Source of the DNA: an uncultured Alphaproteobacteria bacterium
GTDB taxonomy: Bacteria; Pseudomonadota; Alphaproteobacteria; Rhizobiales; Xanthobacteraceae
Length of the DNA: 64,000 nt
Assembly: GCA_963841105.1 (NCBI GenBank)
Contig: CAWJCB010000030.1
Location: forward strand, 165,325-229,324
Reading direction: 5' to 3'
Part shown: positions 8,750-19,463 of the stretch, piece after piece
Layout: the number at the start of each line of letters is the position of its first letter
Numbering within the stretch: the first letter of the stretch is position 1
The notes under the pieces: generated by a model
What the model saw: the letters and a program-made list of their open reading frames with translations, nothing else
Databases searched by the model: none
What the model was told of the DNA's origin: nothing
Position numbers and translations under genes: made by a program

Positions 8750-8788
8750 AGTGCGGAGCCTGCTCCGGGATACCTGCGCGTCACCACC

Positions 8789-10591
8789 TCACACATCCAC
8801 CTTGAGCGCGGCGATGAAGGCTTCCTGCGGAATCTCCACCTTGCCGAACTGGCGCATGCGCTTCTTGCCCTCCTTCTGCTTCTCCAGAAGCTTGCGCTTG
8901 CGCGTCACGTCGCCGCCGTAGCATTTCGCGGTGACATCCTTGCGGAAGGCGCGCACGGTCTCGCGAGCGATGATCTTGCCGCCGATCGCCGCCTGGATCG
9001 GCACCTGGAACATGTGCGGCGGAATGAGCTCCTTGAGCTTCTCCACCATGGCGCGGCCGCGGCTCTCCGCGCGGGTGCGATGCACCAGCATGGCAAGCGC
9101 ATCGACCGGGTCGCTGTTGACCAGGATCTGCATCTTCACCAGGTCGGCCGGCTTGAAATCGGTGAGATGATAGTCGAAGGACGCATACCCCTTCGACACG
9201 GACTTCAGACGATCATAGAAATCAAACACCACCTCGTTAAGCGGCAGATCGTATTTCACCATGGCGCGACTGCCGACATAGGTGAGCTCGACCTGCACGC
9301 CGCGCCGGTCCTGGCAAAGCTTGAGCACGCTGCCGAGATATTCGTCGGGGGTGAGGATGGTCGCGCGGATCCACGGCTCATGCAGCTCCTCGACGTGCAC
9401 GGGATCGGGCATGTCGACGGGATTATGGATCTCGATATGCTTGCCGTTCGTGAGGGCAATCTTATAGATCACCGACGGGGCGGTCGCGATCAGATCGAGG
9501 TTGAACTCGCGCTCGAGCCGCTCCTGGATGATCTCGAGGTGGAGGAGCCCGAGAAAGCCGCAGCGGAACCCGAAGCCCAGCGCCGCTGACGTCTCCATCT
9601 CGAAGGTGAAGCTCGCATCGTTGAGACGCAGCCTGCCCATGGCGGCGCGCAAATCCTCGAATTGCGCCGCATCGACCGGGAACAAGCCGCAGAAAACCAC
9701 CGGCACCGCGGGCCGGAAGCCTGGCAGCGGCGCCAACACCGGCTTCCTATCGTCGGTGATGGTGTCGCCGACGCGCGTATCCGCGACCTGCTTGATCGAA
9801 GCGGTGAGAAAGCCGATCTCGCCGGGACCGAGCTCCTCCGCGTCGATCATCTTCGGGGTGAAGACGCCGACCCGGTCGACCTCGTAGGCGGCGTCGGTCC
9901 CCATCATGCGGATGCGCTGGCCCTTTTTCAGCACGCCATCGACGATGCGCACAAGCACGATCACGCCGAGATAGGAATCATACCAGCTGTCGACGAGCAG
10001 CGCCTTGAGCGTCGCGTCGCGATCGCCGCGCGGCGGCGGCAGGCGGGTGACAATGCCTTCCAGGACCTCGGGTACGTTCTCGCCGGTTTTTGCAGAGATG
10101 AGGATGGCGTTCGAGGCATCGAGCCCGATCACGTCCTCGATCTGCTGCTTGACCTTCTCCGGCTCGGCCGCCGGCAGGTCGACCTTGTTGAGCACCGGGA
10201 CGATCTCATGATTGTTGTCGATCGCCTGGTAGACGTTGGCGAGCGTCTGCGCCTCCACGCCCTGCGATGCATCAACCACCAGGAGCGAGCCCTCGCAGGC
10301 GGCGAGGCTGCGGCTGACCTCGTAGGCGAAATCCACGTGGCCGGGCGTGTCGATCAGATTGAGCGTGTAGATCTTGCCGTCGCGCGCGCGATAGGTAAGC
10401 CGCACGGTCTGCGCCTTGATGGTGATGCCACGTTCGCGCTCGATGTCCATGGAATCGAGCACCTGCTCCACCATCTCGCGCTCCGCAAGGCCGCCCGTCG
10501 ACTGGATCAGCCGGTCGGCGAGCGTCAACTTGCCGTGATCGATATGCGCAATGATCGCGAAATTGCGGATGTTCTGGATGGCCGCATTCAT
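8789..10591 (-). CDS. lepA: elongation factor 4 (LepA)
   Basis: ATG at 10591 ([21 protein letters not shown]...). 600 aa. G-domain motifs DTPGH and NKVD plus the LepA C-terminal domain. The P-loop reads GKLT rather than the usual GKST. Confidence 0.95.
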   Translation of the reverse strand: MNAAIQNIRNFAIIAHIDHGKLTLADRLIQSTGGLAEREMVEQVLDSMDIERERGITIKAQTVRLTYRARDGKIYTLNLIDTPGHVDFAYEVSRSLAACEGSLLVVDASQGVEAQTLANVYQAIDNNHEIVPVLNKVDLPAAEPEKVKQQIEDVIGLDASNAILISAKTGENVPEVLEGIVTRLPPPRGDRDATLKALLVDSWYDSYLGVIVLVRIVDGVLKKGQRIRMMGTDAAYEVDRVGVFTPKMIDAEELGPGEIGFLTASIKQVADTRVGDTITDDRKPVLAPLPGFRPAVPVVFCGLFPVDAAQFEDLRAAMGRLRLNDASFTFEMETSAALGFGFRCGFLGLLHLEIIQERLEREFNLDLIATAPSVIYKIALTNGKHIEIHNPVDMPDPVHVEELHEPWIRATILTPDEYLGSVLKLCQDRRGVQVELTYVGSRAMVKYDLPLNEVVFDFYDRLKSVSKGYASFDYHLTDFKPADLVKMQILVNSDPVDALAMLVHRTRAESRGRAMVEKLKELIPPHMFQVPIQAAIGGKIIARETVRAFRKDVTAKCYGGDVTRKRKLLEKQKEGKKRMRQFGKVEIPQEAFIAALKVDV

Positions 10592-10635
10592 GGCGCGCGC
10601 ATTTAAGCCTGCTATCAGTGGCCCCATTCTCAGCT

Positions 10636-10767
10636 GTCATCGCCCGCTTGAGGCGGGCGATCCAGTAATCACCAATTATCCAGTTGATGCGGGGGCTGGC
10701 GGCCTCGCCAAGAACCAGCCGCACCCGACAGGGATTACTGGGTGCCCCGCCTGCGCGGGGCATGACG
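10636..10767. repeat. REP-type hairpin units upstream of lepA
   Basis: GTCATCGCCCGCTTGAGGCGGGCGATCC at 10636-10663; a sister copy in the opposite orientation is at 52735-52761. TGCCCCGCCTGCGCGGGGCATGACG at 10743-10767. Flanking 9-bp inverted repeat CCAGTAATC/GATTACTGG. Confidence 0.65.
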
Positions 10768-10846
10768 TCCGAGGATGTAGCCTGGGCGGACGGACTGCCC
10801 CTAGCATTCGCGCACCCGAGCGGCAAGTTCGCCGGCGGGGCCCGCC

Positions 10847-11638
10847 CTACTGCGCGGCGACGCGCTGCTCGACGGCGAAGGGTTCGAGCCGCGCCGGCTT
10901 GTCGGCCTGGGCAACGACGATGTGGCCGGGCGGCACCGGCTTCCAATGCGATCGATCGTCGTCGAGCGGCTCGGAGACGACGACCACGCTGCCGCCGGAC
11001 TGGCGATAGTACAGCGTGTTCGCGCCGGTGTTCGCCGAGTAGCGAAAGGCATAGAGATCGCGGCCGTTCGAAAGCGCTGCAGTGAAGCGCAGCGGCTCGC
11101 GGTAATCCTTGGTGGTGACCATGTCGGTCAAGGTCGCAAGCACGCGCGTGGTCGCGCCGATGGGATCGCGGTCACCGCCGGCGCCAAGGATAGCAAGAAA
11201 CACCGCCTCGGAGTCGGTGGTGCCGACGCGAGAGCCGTAAAACTGATCGGGGATGAGCGCCTCGACCTTGCGGCGCAGTCGCGACCAGTTCCCGATCAGC
11301 CCGTTATGCATGAACATCCAGCGCCCGCAGGCGAAGGGATGGCAATTGGGCCGCATGATCGGCGTGCCCGTGGAGGCGCGCACATGCGCGAAATAGAGAT
11401 GCGAGCGGATGTGACGGCAGAGATAGCGCAGGTTCTCGTCCGACCAGGCCGGACGCACCTCGCGATACAGCCCCGGCTCGGCGTGCTCGCCGTACCACCC
11501 CATGCCGAAGCCGTCACCGTTGGTGGCGGCGGTCGATTCCAGCGCGCGCTGACTCTGCACAACGAGCGAGTGAGCTGGCGCAGTCACGTATTGCTCCAGC
11601 GGGATAGTTTCGCCGCGATAGGCTATCCAGCGGCACAT
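10847..11638 (-). CDS. class II (Ntn) glutamine amidotransferase, YafJ/EgtC-like
   Basis: Internal ATG at 11638 gives MCRWIAYRGE with the nucleophile Cys2. Also GDGFGMGWY, HVRASTG and NCHPF...MFMHNG. 263 aa. The longer tracked ORF extension has no family features. Confidence 0.85.
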   Translation of the reverse strand: MCRWIAYRGETIPLEQYVTAPAHSLVVQSQRALESTAATNGDGFGMGWYGEHAEPGLYREVRPAWSDENLRYLCRHIRSHLYFAHVRASTGTPIMRPNCHPFACGRWMFMHNGLIGNWSRLRRKVEALIPDQFYGSRVGTTDSEAVFLAILGAGGDRDPIGATTRVLATLTDMVTTKDYREPLRFTAALSNGRDLYAFRYSANTGANTLYYRQSGGSVVVVSEPLDDDRSHWKPVPPGHIVVAQADKPARLEPFAVEQRVAAQ

Positions 11639-11891
11639 CGCAATTCTCCAGATTCGGCCTCCAGCGTGGCAAACCCATGCGGCAGACCGATGGCAAACCC
11701 GTTCGTTCCCATAAATATGGCCCCTTTGCCGGGCGATGCCACCCGAGCGGGATCGCAGAGGCGCCTCGGCGCACACCGGCACGAGGGTTGCGGGTTGGGA
11801 TGTTAATGGCGATTTCCTGGGGCATGCTCCCCACCCGACCGGCTTCCGCGGCCACCTTGCCCTCCGGAGAGGGATTACAGTGGCATCTCCC

Positions 11892-12620
11892 GTGAGCCGT
11901 GCGCGCATCGACCGGCTGCTGGTCAAGCGCGGCCTGTTCGAGAGCCGCGCCCAGGCGCAGGCCGCTATCGGCGCCGGGCGTGTGATGGCGGACGACGTGG
12001 TCGTGACCAAGCCCTCCGCCGAGATCATGCCGGATGCCGTGATCCGCGCCGAGCCCGCACATCCCTTTGTCTCCCGCGGCGCAGTAAAACTGGCGCACGC
12101 ACTCGACCATTTTCAGTTCGACCCGTCCGGCTGCGTCTGTCTTGACGTCGGCGCATCAACCGGCGGCTTCACCGAGGTCTTGCTAACGCGCGGTGCGCGC
12201 TGCATCTATGCCGTCGATGTCGGGCATGATCAGTTGCACCGGCGCCTGCGCGCGCAACCGAACGTCATCTCGCTGGACCGGACAGACATCCGCCGGTTGC
12301 ATCCGGCCCAGCTGCCCGTGCCGCCCGATTTCATCTCCATCGATGTGAGCTTCATCTCGCTCCAACTCGTCTTGCCGCCCGCGCTCGCGCTGGCGAGCGC
12401 GCCCGCGCGTCTGGTGGCGCTGATCAAGCCGCAGTTCGAGGCGGGACGCCGCGCAGTGAAAAAGGGGGTCGTGCGCGACCCCGCCGTGCATGCGGTGGTC
12501 CGCGAGACCATAGCGGCGCGCGTGCAATCACTGGGTTGGCATGTGCTTGGCATCGTTGCCTCCCCCATTTCTGGCGGCGACGGCAACCGCGAGTTTCTGC
12601 TCGGAGCGGCGCGTGAGTGA
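11892..12620 (+). CDS. tlyA: TlyA family rRNA (cytidine-2'-O)-methyltransferase
   Basis: S4-like N-terminus ([27 protein letters not shown]) plus the SAM motif [18 protein letters not shown] starts at 11892 or 11880 are more plausible than the ATG at 11736, which reaches into the divergent promoter region. Confidence 0.85.
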   Translation: MSRARIDRLLVKRGLFESRAQAQAAIGAGRVMADDVVVTKPSAEIMPDAVIRAEPAHPFVSRGAVKLAHALDHFQFDPSGCVCLDVGASTGGFTEVLLTRGARCIYAVDVGHDQLHRRLRAQPNVISLDRTDIRRLHPAQLPVPPDFISIDVSFISLQLVLPPALALASAPARLVALIKPQFEAGRRAVKKGVVRDPAVHAVVRETIAARVQSLGWHVLGIVASPISGGDGNREFLLGAARE

Positions 12621-13863
12621 GCGCCTCGCGATCGCGCGCATGGGCAGGTTCGGCGACGGCATCAGCGACACGCCCGCGGGCCCGGTCTACGTGCCCTATG
12701 CCTTGCCGGGGGAGACCGTCAGCGTCGCGCCGTGGCCGGGTCACCCCGACCGCCGCCAGCTGATCGAAGTGGAGACTGCGAGCGCCGAGCGGATCGCGCC
12801 GGTCTGTGCGCATTTCGGCATATGCGGCGGCTGCGCTTTGCAGCACTGGGCAACAAAGCGCTATCGCGAATGGAAGCGCGGGCTTGTCGTCGCGTGGCTG
12901 AAGCAGGTGGAGCTCGATGCGCCGGTGGCCGATCTGATCGACGCACATGGCGAGGGGCGCCGCCGCGCAGTCTTTCATGCGCGCCCCGGCGCGCGCGAGG
13001 TTCTCAAAGTCGGTTACGCCGCGCGAAAGTTTCACCACGTGGTCGCCATTGACCGCTGCCCTGTGCTCGCACCGAGCCTTGCCGGCGCCATTGCCGCGGC
13101 CTGGGCGCTGGCGGAAGCGATCGCCGACGCCCACAAGTCTCTCGACATTCAAGTGACGGCGACCGATGCCGGGCTCGACATCGACCTGCGCGGCTCAGGG
13201 CCCCTGTCGCCCGTCCAGATCGTGGGACTGGCAGCCGTCGCGCACCGCCATGGGCTGGCGCGGCTTACCCGTCACGGCGAAATGGTCGCCCAGCGCGCGC
13301 CGCCACGGATCACCGTGGGTCGCGCGAAGATCGTGCCGCCGCCAGGCGGTTTTCTGCAGGCCACCGCGGCGGGCGAGCTGGCGCTGGCGCAGCTGGTCAC
13401 CGCCTACTGCACCGATGCGAGAAACGTCGCCGATCTATTCTGCGGCGTCGGTCCGTTTGCGCTGCGCCTTGCCGAAGGCGCGCGGGTGAGCGCGGCAGAC
13501 AACGACGCGGCCGCCGTGGCCGCTCTGGCGCGCGCAGCGAAGGAAACGCAGGGCCTCAAGCCGATCGAGGCACAGCCGCGCGACTTGTTTCGCCGTCCGC
13601 TGGTTGCCGCTGAGCTCGCCGCCTTTGACGCGGTGGTCTTTGATCCGCCGCGCCAGGGCGCCGAGGCGCAGGCGCGCGCTCTCGCCGCGTCAGCCGTGCC
13701 GACCGTGATCGCGGTGTCCTGCAACCCCACGACGCTCGCGCGTGACGCGCGCATTCTCGTCGACGGCGGCTATCGTCTCGCCCGGGTCACGCCGATCGAC
13801 CAGTTTCTCTATTCCAACCACGTGGAAGTGGTGGCGCTGTTTCAGAGGAGCGGCGCTCATTGA
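12613..13863 (+). CDS. class I SAM-dependent RNA methyltransferase (RumA/TrmA-like uracil-5-methyltransferase family)
   Basis: TRAM-like N-terminus, Cys cluster [18 protein letters not shown] motif [11 protein letters not shown] and C-terminal [15 protein letters not shown] at 12613 overlaps the tlyA stop by 8 nt; the alternative start is the ATG at 12640. Confidence 0.85.
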   Translation: MSERLAIARMGRFGDGISDTPAGPVYVPYALPGETVSVAPWPGHPDRRQLIEVETASAERIAPVCAHFGICGGCALQHWATKRYREWKRGLVVAWLKQVELDAPVADLIDAHGEGRRRAVFHARPGAREVLKVGYAARKFHHVVAIDRCPVLAPSLAGAIAAAWALAEAIADAHKSLDIQVTATDAGLDIDLRGSGPLSPVQIVGLAAVAHRHGLARLTRHGEMVAQRAPPRITVGRAKIVPPPGGFLQATAAGELALAQLVTAYCTDARNVADLFCGVGPFALRLAEGARVSAADNDAAAVAALARAAKETQGLKPIEAQPRDLFRRPLVAAELAAFDAVVFDPPRQGAEAQARALAASAVPTVIAVSCNPTTLARDARILVDGGYRLARVTPIDQFLYSNHVEVVALFQRSGAH

Positions 13864-13878
13864 CGTCATGGCCGTGCT

Positions 13879-14727
13879 CTAGTTCCCCCAGCGATCCCGC
13901 CACATCTGCTCGCCAAGCGTGCAGGAAGTGCGTGGGGGGCGCACCTGCGCCGGAAGCACCGGGCGCTCCCCCGCTCGGTTGGCGATTTCCAGAACAAGCT
14001 TGGTGCGGGTGGCTTCCTTGAACTGCTCGCGATCGCGGATTGCAATGACAAATGCCGCCGGTCCGCCGATCACGCAATCCTCGTAATAGACGTCGAGGTT
14101 ATCGATATCCATGGTGAAAGAATTCGGCCGTTTGAGCATGATCGGCAGCCCGTTGATGGTGACACCCGCGGCGAGCACATCGTCGCGCGCAAGCGTGACC
14201 GGCGGCCCGTTGTTGTTGGCGCCATCGCCGGAGACGTCGATAACGCGGCGCAGCCCCCGCACACCGTTGTCGTTGAAAAGCGGCAAGGCGAAGTTGAGCG
14301 CGCCGGAGATGGACGTGCGCGAGGCGCGCCGATAGGGCGCGCGCGCGATCTCGCTGGCGAAGGCATCGGCGGTTTCCGGACCGTCGATCACGCGCCACGG
14401 CACGACGATTTTCTGGTCGTGTTGACCGGCCCATTCGAAATAGGTCGCCGCCACCTTGCCGTTGATGCCGCTGCGCAGTGCCTGCATGAACTCGCGCGAG
14501 GTGAGCCCGGTGATGTAGCCCTCGCGTTGCAGCGCCTGCTCATCCGGATCCATGGAATAGGAGACATCGACCGCAAGCACGAGCTCGACATCTACCGACG
14601 TGGCGCCCGGTGCCTTCTCAACGGCATGGAGCGCTGCCGGCGCAGTGGCAGACGCCATTCCATGCACCACAGCAGACATGGCTGCGGCCACCGCCGCCAG
14701 CGCCACCGCCCCGGCCTGCACGCGCAT
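13879..14727 (-). CDS. DUF1194 (vWA-like) domain protein, secreted
   Basis: Signal peptide MRVQAGAVALAAVAAAMSAVVHGMASA. DVELVLAVDVSYSMD (MIDAS-like), VIDVSGDGANN and TINGLPIM are typical of DUF1194. GAGGGAG RBS upstream. Confidence 0.85.
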   Translation of the reverse strand: MRVQAGAVALAAVAAAMSAVVHGMASATAPAALHAVEKAPGATSVDVELVLAVDVSYSMDPDEQALQREGYITGLTSREFMQALRSGINGKVAATYFEWAGQHDQKIVVPWRVIDGPETADAFASEIARAPYRRASRTSISGALNFALPLFNDNGVRGLRRVIDVSGDGANNNGPPVTLARDDVLAAGVTINGLPIMLKRPNSFTMDIDNLDVYYEDCVIGGPAAFVIAIRDREQFKEATRTKLVLEIANRAGERPVLPAQVRPPRTSCTLGEQMWRDRWGN

Positions 14728-15842
14728 CTCGAATCTCCCTCATGCCGGTTCGATCCTCGATCAGCTCTGTCGAAGAAATCTCGATGCCAAAGCCGGCCAG
14801 CCCGACATAGGTCATCTTGCTCGACGTCAACAAGCGGATGGATGTGATGCCGAGATTCTTCGAGGATCTGCGCGCCGAGCCCGACCTCCCGCCACAGCCG
14901 CGAGCGCGCGACCTCGGACCCGCTTGATCCCGGTTGCGGGAAGGCGTGTGTCGGCACCCCGGCCGCGCCGTCCCGCAGAAAGACAATCACACCGCGACCT
15001 TCCTGCTTGAAGCGCGCCAACGCCGAATGCACGGGATGTGCGCCGCCGAACACGTCGCGGATGACGTCGGCTCGGTGCAGCCGCGCGAGCATGTCTTTTC
15101 CGTCACCAATGCGACCATGCACAAAAGCCATGTGCTGGATGGCATCGAATGGCGTCACGAAGGCGTAGCCTTGCAGCGTGCCGATCTCGCTTTTCACGGG
15201 AAACTCCCCGATGCGCTTGACCAGCTTCTCGCGGGACTGGCGATAGGCAATCAGATCGGCGATCGAAATCTGCATGAGCCGATGGCGCTCGGCAAAGACC
15301 GTGATGGATGGACCTCGCATCACCGTGCCGTCATCGTTCATCAGCTCGGCAAGCACGCCAATCGGCGGCAAGCCTGATAACCTGCACAGGTCCAGGCACG
15401 CTTCGGTGTGGCCGGAGCGCATCAGTACGCCGCCGTCCTTTGCAACCAGCGGAAAGACGTGCCCGGGGCGCACGAAATCGGTGGCGCCGCTGTTGTCGTT
15501 GGCAAGCGCGCGCACGGTGTTGGTGCGCTCCTCCGCCGAAATACCCGTGGTGAGGCCATGGCGACAATCGACCGAGACGGTAAAGGCGGTGCCGAGCGGC
15601 GCATCATTGGCGGCAACCATTGGATCAAGATGCAGCCGCTTGGCGTGCTCCGCCGAAACCGGCGCGCATACGATTCCCGAGGTATTGCGGATAATGAAGG
15701 CCATCTTTTCCGGCGTGCAAAGCGATGCGGCGACGAAGAGATCGCCTTCATTTTCGCGATCGTCATCATCGGTGACGACCACGATCTCGCCCGCGGCAAA
15801 CGCGGCGAGGACAGCCTCCACGCGCTGGTGATTGTCAAGCAA
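14618..15842 (-). pseudogene. ribB: 3,4-dihydroxy-2-butanone-4-phosphate synthase fused to a GTP-cyclohydrolase-II-like domain (RibBA-like), reading frame broken near 14861
   Basis: N-terminal DHBP synthase motifs (VVVTDDDDRENEGDLF, RPGHVFPL, RSGHTEA). After ...GLGAQIL, frame A becomes nonsense. The homologous continuation KNLGITSIRLLTSSKMTYVGLAGFGIEISSTELIED is in the frame of ORF 14618..14986. Confidence 0.8.
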
Positions 15843-15875
15843 CTCCGCAATCTCCCCGCCAACAACTGAAGAGCA

Positions 15876-17000
15876 TCATGCGCGGGAACGGGGGAACGGC
15901 CATGTCACCGGAGCACCGATCTGGCCACGATGGCGCAAGTAGTGATCTGCAATGACGCATGCCACCATCGCCTCCCCGATCGGTACCGCTCGAACCCCGA
16001 CGCAAGGATCGTGGCGCCCGTGCGTGACAATGTCAGTTTCGCTGCCATATCGGTCGACGGTGCGCCGGGGAGTCAAGATCGATGAGGTCGGCTTGACCGC
16101 GAAACGGCACACAATCGGCTGCCCGGTCGAGATGCCACCAAGAATGCCGCCTGCGTTGTTAGAGAGAAACATGGGGTTTCCCTCGTTACCCCTGCGCATC
16201 TCGTCGGCATTGTCCTCGCCGCTGAGCGCCGCCGCCGCAAAGCCGGCGCCGATCTCGACGCCTTTGACCGCGTTGATCCCCATCAGTGCCGCCGCGAGAT
16301 CGGCATCGAGCTTGCCGTAGACCGGCGCTCCCAATCCTGCCGGAATGCCCTCGGCGACCACTTCGATAACCGCTCCCACTGAGGAGCCGCGCTTGCGAAC
16401 TTCGTCGAGATAGCGACCGAAAAATTCGGCTTGCTCGGCATCCGGACAGAAGAACGGGTTGCGCTCGACTTCATCCCAATTCCAGCGCGCGCGGTCGATC
16501 TGGTGGGAGCCCATCTGAACAAGGGCAGCGCGCACCATCATTGCCGGGACGATCTTGCGCGCAATTGCGCCAGCCGCAACCCGCGTCGCGGTCTCGCGCG
16601 CGGATTGGCGCCCGCCGCCGCGGTAGTCGCGAATGCCGTATTTCACGTCGTAGGTGTAGTCGGCATGGCCGGGGCGATATTTGTCTTTGATGTCGGAGTA
16701 ATCCTTCGAACGCTGATCGAGATTGTCAATCAGCAGCGCAATGGACGTTCCGGTCGTCACTTGCGTGCCGCTCGCGTCATCGACGAAAACGCCTGACAGG
16801 ATTTTCACCTGGTCGGGCTCGCGCCGTTGGCTGGTGAAGCGCGACTGTCCCGGCCGGCGCTTGTCGAGATAGGGCTGGATGTCAGCCTCGGTCAAAGCAA
16901 TGCCGGGGGGGCAGCCATCCACCACGCATCCTATCGAGGGACCATGGCTTTCGCCAAAGGTGGTGACGCGGAAGAGATGCCCGAAGGTGTTGAACGACAT
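15876..17000 (-). CDS. aroC: chorismate synthase
   Basis: [41 protein letters not shown] and GRHDPCV. 374 aa. Confidence 0.95.
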   Translation of the reverse strand: MSFNTFGHLFRVTTFGESHGPSIGCVVDGCPPGIALTEADIQPYLDKRRPGQSRFTSQRREPDQVKILSGVFVDDASGTQVTTGTSIALLIDNLDQRSKDYSDIKDKYRPGHADYTYDVKYGIRDYRGGGRQSARETATRVAAGAIARKIVPAMMVRAALVQMGSHQIDRARWNWDEVERNPFFCPDAEQAEFFGRYLDEVRKRGSSVGAVIEVVAEGIPAGLGAPVYGKLDADLAAALMGINAVKGVEIGAGFAAAALSGEDNADEMRRGNEGNPMFLSNNAGGILGGISTGQPIVCRFAVKPTSSILTPRRTVDRYGSETDIVTHGRHDPCVGVRAVPIGEAMVACVIADHYLRHRGQIGAPVTWPFPRSRA

Positions 17001-17010
17001 GCGTATCGGT

Positions 17011-17099
17011 CGTCATGCGCGGGCTTGACCCGCGCATCCAGCGAAAAGAGCCTCTATCTGTCAAACAGATGGATTGCCGGGTCAAGCCCGGCAATGACG
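17011..17099. repeat. inverted pair of REP units (BIME-like)
   Basis: CGTCATGCGCGGGCTTGACCCGCGCATCC (17011-17039) and the reverse complement of its near-copy, GGATTGCCGGGTCAAGCCCGGCAATGACG (17071-17099). Confidence 0.75.
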
Positions 17100-17112
17100 A
17101 GGATGGATTACA

Positions 17113-17712
17113 TTATTCCAGTCGCGTCACCCGGCCATCCGCGAAGAGATAAACAACGCCCTGATCGACGGGACTGTGCGGCGCGTCATGGGGCGGCACA
17201 AGCGCCAAATGCGCCATCAGCGCACGTCCGGTTCCGCCGTGAGCCGCGACGACTGTATCGGCGTGTAATGTCCTATGCCATTCGGCGACGCGCCGGGTCA
17301 GCTGTGCATAGCTTTCTCCCCCCGGCGGGAGAAATCCCCATTTATTGCGTTCCCGTTCAATAATTACCTCCGCATCCTGCTCAAGCACATCGGCATAGGT
17401 GAGTCCCTCCCAGTCGCCAAATGACAGTTCCTCGAGACGAGCATCGATAGCGTAGTCTGCGGGATCGAGACCGAGCGATGCACGCATGACCTCCATGGTC
17501 TCACGCGCGCGAATCAGCGGACTCGACACCCAGGCGAGATGTTCCACCTCGACACGCCGGCGCTCGAACAGGCGACGCAGGATATCTCCACAAGCCTTCG
17601 CCTGGGAGCGGCCCTGCTCGTTGAGCCGTGTATCGTGGCGCCCCTGCAACCGGCCTTGCAGATTCCAATCGGTCAAGCCGTGCCGAACGTAATAGATCGC
17701 CGCAACCGACAC
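17113..17712 (-). CDS. histidine phosphatase (phosphoglycerate mutase) family protein
   Basis: RHG motif (IYYVRHGLTDWN) and a C-terminal AHGG histidine motif. 199 aa. Confidence 0.85.
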   Translation of the reverse strand: MSVAAIYYVRHGLTDWNLQGRLQGRHDTRLNEQGRSQAKACGDILRRLFERRRVEVEHLAWVSSPLIRARETMEVMRASLGLDPADYAIDARLEELSFGDWEGLTYADVLEQDAEVIIERERNKWGFLPPGGESYAQLTRRVAEWHRTLHADTVVAAHGGTGRALMAHLALVPPHDAPHSPVDQGVVYLFADGRVTRLE

Positions 17713-17758
17713 GCCGCTGTCTCCGCGCGTTTGCGTTCCCGTTCAGGCCATATCCTGC

Positions 17759-18727
17759 TCAGGTCAGGCCCTGCCGCGGATCGTAGGGCTTGCCCTCGCG
17801 CCACTTTCGCATCAGCTCGTCAAGCTCACCGTCGTTGCGTTCCGGCAAGACGATGCGCACCGTGGCGAGAAGATCGCCCTTGCCGTCTTTGGCAGGAAAG
17901 CCTCTGGCCTTGCAGCGAAATGTGCGTCCCGAATTGGTGCGGGGCGGTATCGCAAGCTCAACCGTTCCGTCCAGGGTAGGCACCCGCACTTTCGCTCCAA
18001 GCACCGCCTCATAGAGCGTTATTGGAAGCTCGATGCGCAAGTCCGCGCCCTCACGAGCAAACAGTGGATGCGGCGCGATCGATACGGTGATCAGGAGGTC
18101 GCCGGTGCGACCGCCAGGTCCGGCGGTACCCTGCCCTTTCAGCCTGATCTGCTGCCCTTCGGCAAGACCTGCCGGGATCTTGACCTCGACTTCCTTGCCG
18201 GTGGGAAGGCGCACGCGCTTCTTGGCCCCGTGAGCAGCCTCGGCAAGCGAAATCGTCAGCGTCGTGGCCACGTCGCCGCTGCCGGCGGGATCATCGTGTG
18301 GGAAGCCGAACCCGCGGGCGCCTGCTCCCATGCGTCCGCCAAAAGCCTCCTTCAGGAGATCGTCAAAGCCGCCAAGATTACCAAAACCCCGGTTGCTTCC
18401 GCGCTGGAAACCATCGCTGCCCCAAGTGAAAGTCTCGAAGTTAGCATCGCGACCAAAGCCCCCGCCACGCCCCCGAGAAAAGCCTTCAAAGCCTTGAAAT
18501 CGCGGCTTGCCCTCCGCATCGATCTCGCCGCGGTCATAAGCCTTGCGCTTCTTTTCCTCCCCGAGAATTTCGTAGGCCCCATTCAACTCGGAGAAACGCG
18601 ATGCAGCGCGGGGATCGTGCTTGTTGGCGTCGGGATGCAACTTCTTGGCAAGCTTGCGAAACGCGTTCTTGATTTCCGCGGCACTCGCACTCTTCGACAC
18701 CCCGAGAACGTCATAGGGGTCGCGCAT
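17759..18727 (-). CDS. DnaJ-class co-chaperone without zinc finger (CbpA-like)
   Basis: ATG at 18727 with GGAGGG RBS. J domain MRDPYDVLGVSKSASAAEIKNAFRKLAKKLHPD. G/F-rich linker. DnaJ C-terminal domains. No CxxCxGxG repeats. Confidence 0.85.
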   Translation of the reverse strand: MRDPYDVLGVSKSASAAEIKNAFRKLAKKLHPDANKHDPRAASRFSELNGAYEILGEEKKRKAYDRGEIDAEGKPRFQGFEGFSRGRGGGFGRDANFETFTWGSDGFQRGSNRGFGNLGGFDDLLKEAFGGRMGAGARGFGFPHDDPAGSGDVATTLTISLAEAAHGAKKRVRLPTGKEVEVKIPAGLAEGQQIRLKGQGTAGPGGRTGDLLITVSIAPHPLFAREGADLRIELPITLYEAVLGAKVRVPTLDGTVELAIPPRTNSGRTFRCKARGFPAKDGKGDLLATVRIVLPERNDGELDELMRKWREGKPYDPRQGLT

Positions 18728-18877
18728 CTTCAACCCTCCAAACAGGTCTGCCGCGCCTCGATTTGGGCAACCCACCCGCCCGCACCGGCTTCATGTGGGG
18801 ACAAAGGCCGGGGAACGCAACAATCCGGGGCCGATTGCGAGCGCTGTCGCCGCAGATGGCTTCGCTGGAAGGACTGA

Positions 18878-19345
18878 TCAGGTATTCTTCCAGGATCGCA
18901 TGTGACGCACCTCCCACTTGCCGCGCTCGGCGCGGCAGGCTGCGCCTTGCAGCCATGCCTCGCTTCCATTCTTGACGTAGCTCGCCAGAAAATCACGGCA
19001 GGTGAGGCCATCCTGACTGTAGGCCGATGCAAGTGGGGTGATGGTACCGCGGGCGCCGGTTTGGGGATTCTCCCATGGCATGCTCACGCCCTTGCCGCCT
19101 TTAGCCAGAACCTCTCTCGCGGCCGCACGGGCAATCACAAGGTCGCCCTCCGCGGGCGGATCAGGCGCCGGCTTCGGAACAGCAAGCCGCAGCGATTCGA
19201 TCCGCGCGCTTGCCTGCTCCTCCTTCTTCGCAAACAAGCTGTCCAGCTGGTAAGAGAAGCTGCAGCCGGCGAGCGCCAGCGGGAGAGTGGTTGCCAAGGC
19301 GACAGCCAGCACACAGCGGAGCACCCGATGCGATCGGGATGACAT
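18878..19345 (-). CDS. lipoprotein, surface-antigen-like (RT0821/Lpp0805-type)
   Basis: Internal ATG at 19345. Lipobox LALAGC. The C-terminal W.NP.TGARG...CRDF...GAACR...GKW pattern is seen in small alphaproteobacterial surface antigens. Confidence 0.65.
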   Translation of the reverse strand: MSSRSHRVLRCVLAVALATTLPLALAGCSFSYQLDSLFAKKEEQASARIESLRLAVPKPAPDPPAEGDLVIARAAAREVLAKGGKGVSMPWENPQTGARGTITPLASAYSQDGLTCRDFLASYVKNGSEAWLQGAACRAERGKWEVRHMRSWKNT

Positions 19346-19463
19346 TGCTCTATAACCGGCGTGTCTGGATGGACGTCCGGGCGCCAAAGGCTCAACCAAT
19401 GCTTTCGTCAATTCTTCCGGCAACTCTTCCGCCAACTCTTTCGGCACCTGGGCACTCCGCACG

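Noticed and set aside
7377-8788. fic as a mobile island
   Set aside because: There is no integrase, transposase, tRNA target or convincing flanking direct repeat (only a shared 8-mer, GAGCCTGC). GC content is not clearly different from the neighbours. Only synteny comparison can settle this.
8663-10606. Plus-strand ORFs 8663..9589 and 9662..10606 (308 and 314 aa)
   Set aside because: Both lie antisense within lepA, are Asp/Arg/His-rich, and have no motifs.
18807-18835. GGAAC-N16-GATT on the plus strand
   Set aside because: No plus-strand gene follows for more than 600 nt, and the -10 is off consensus.
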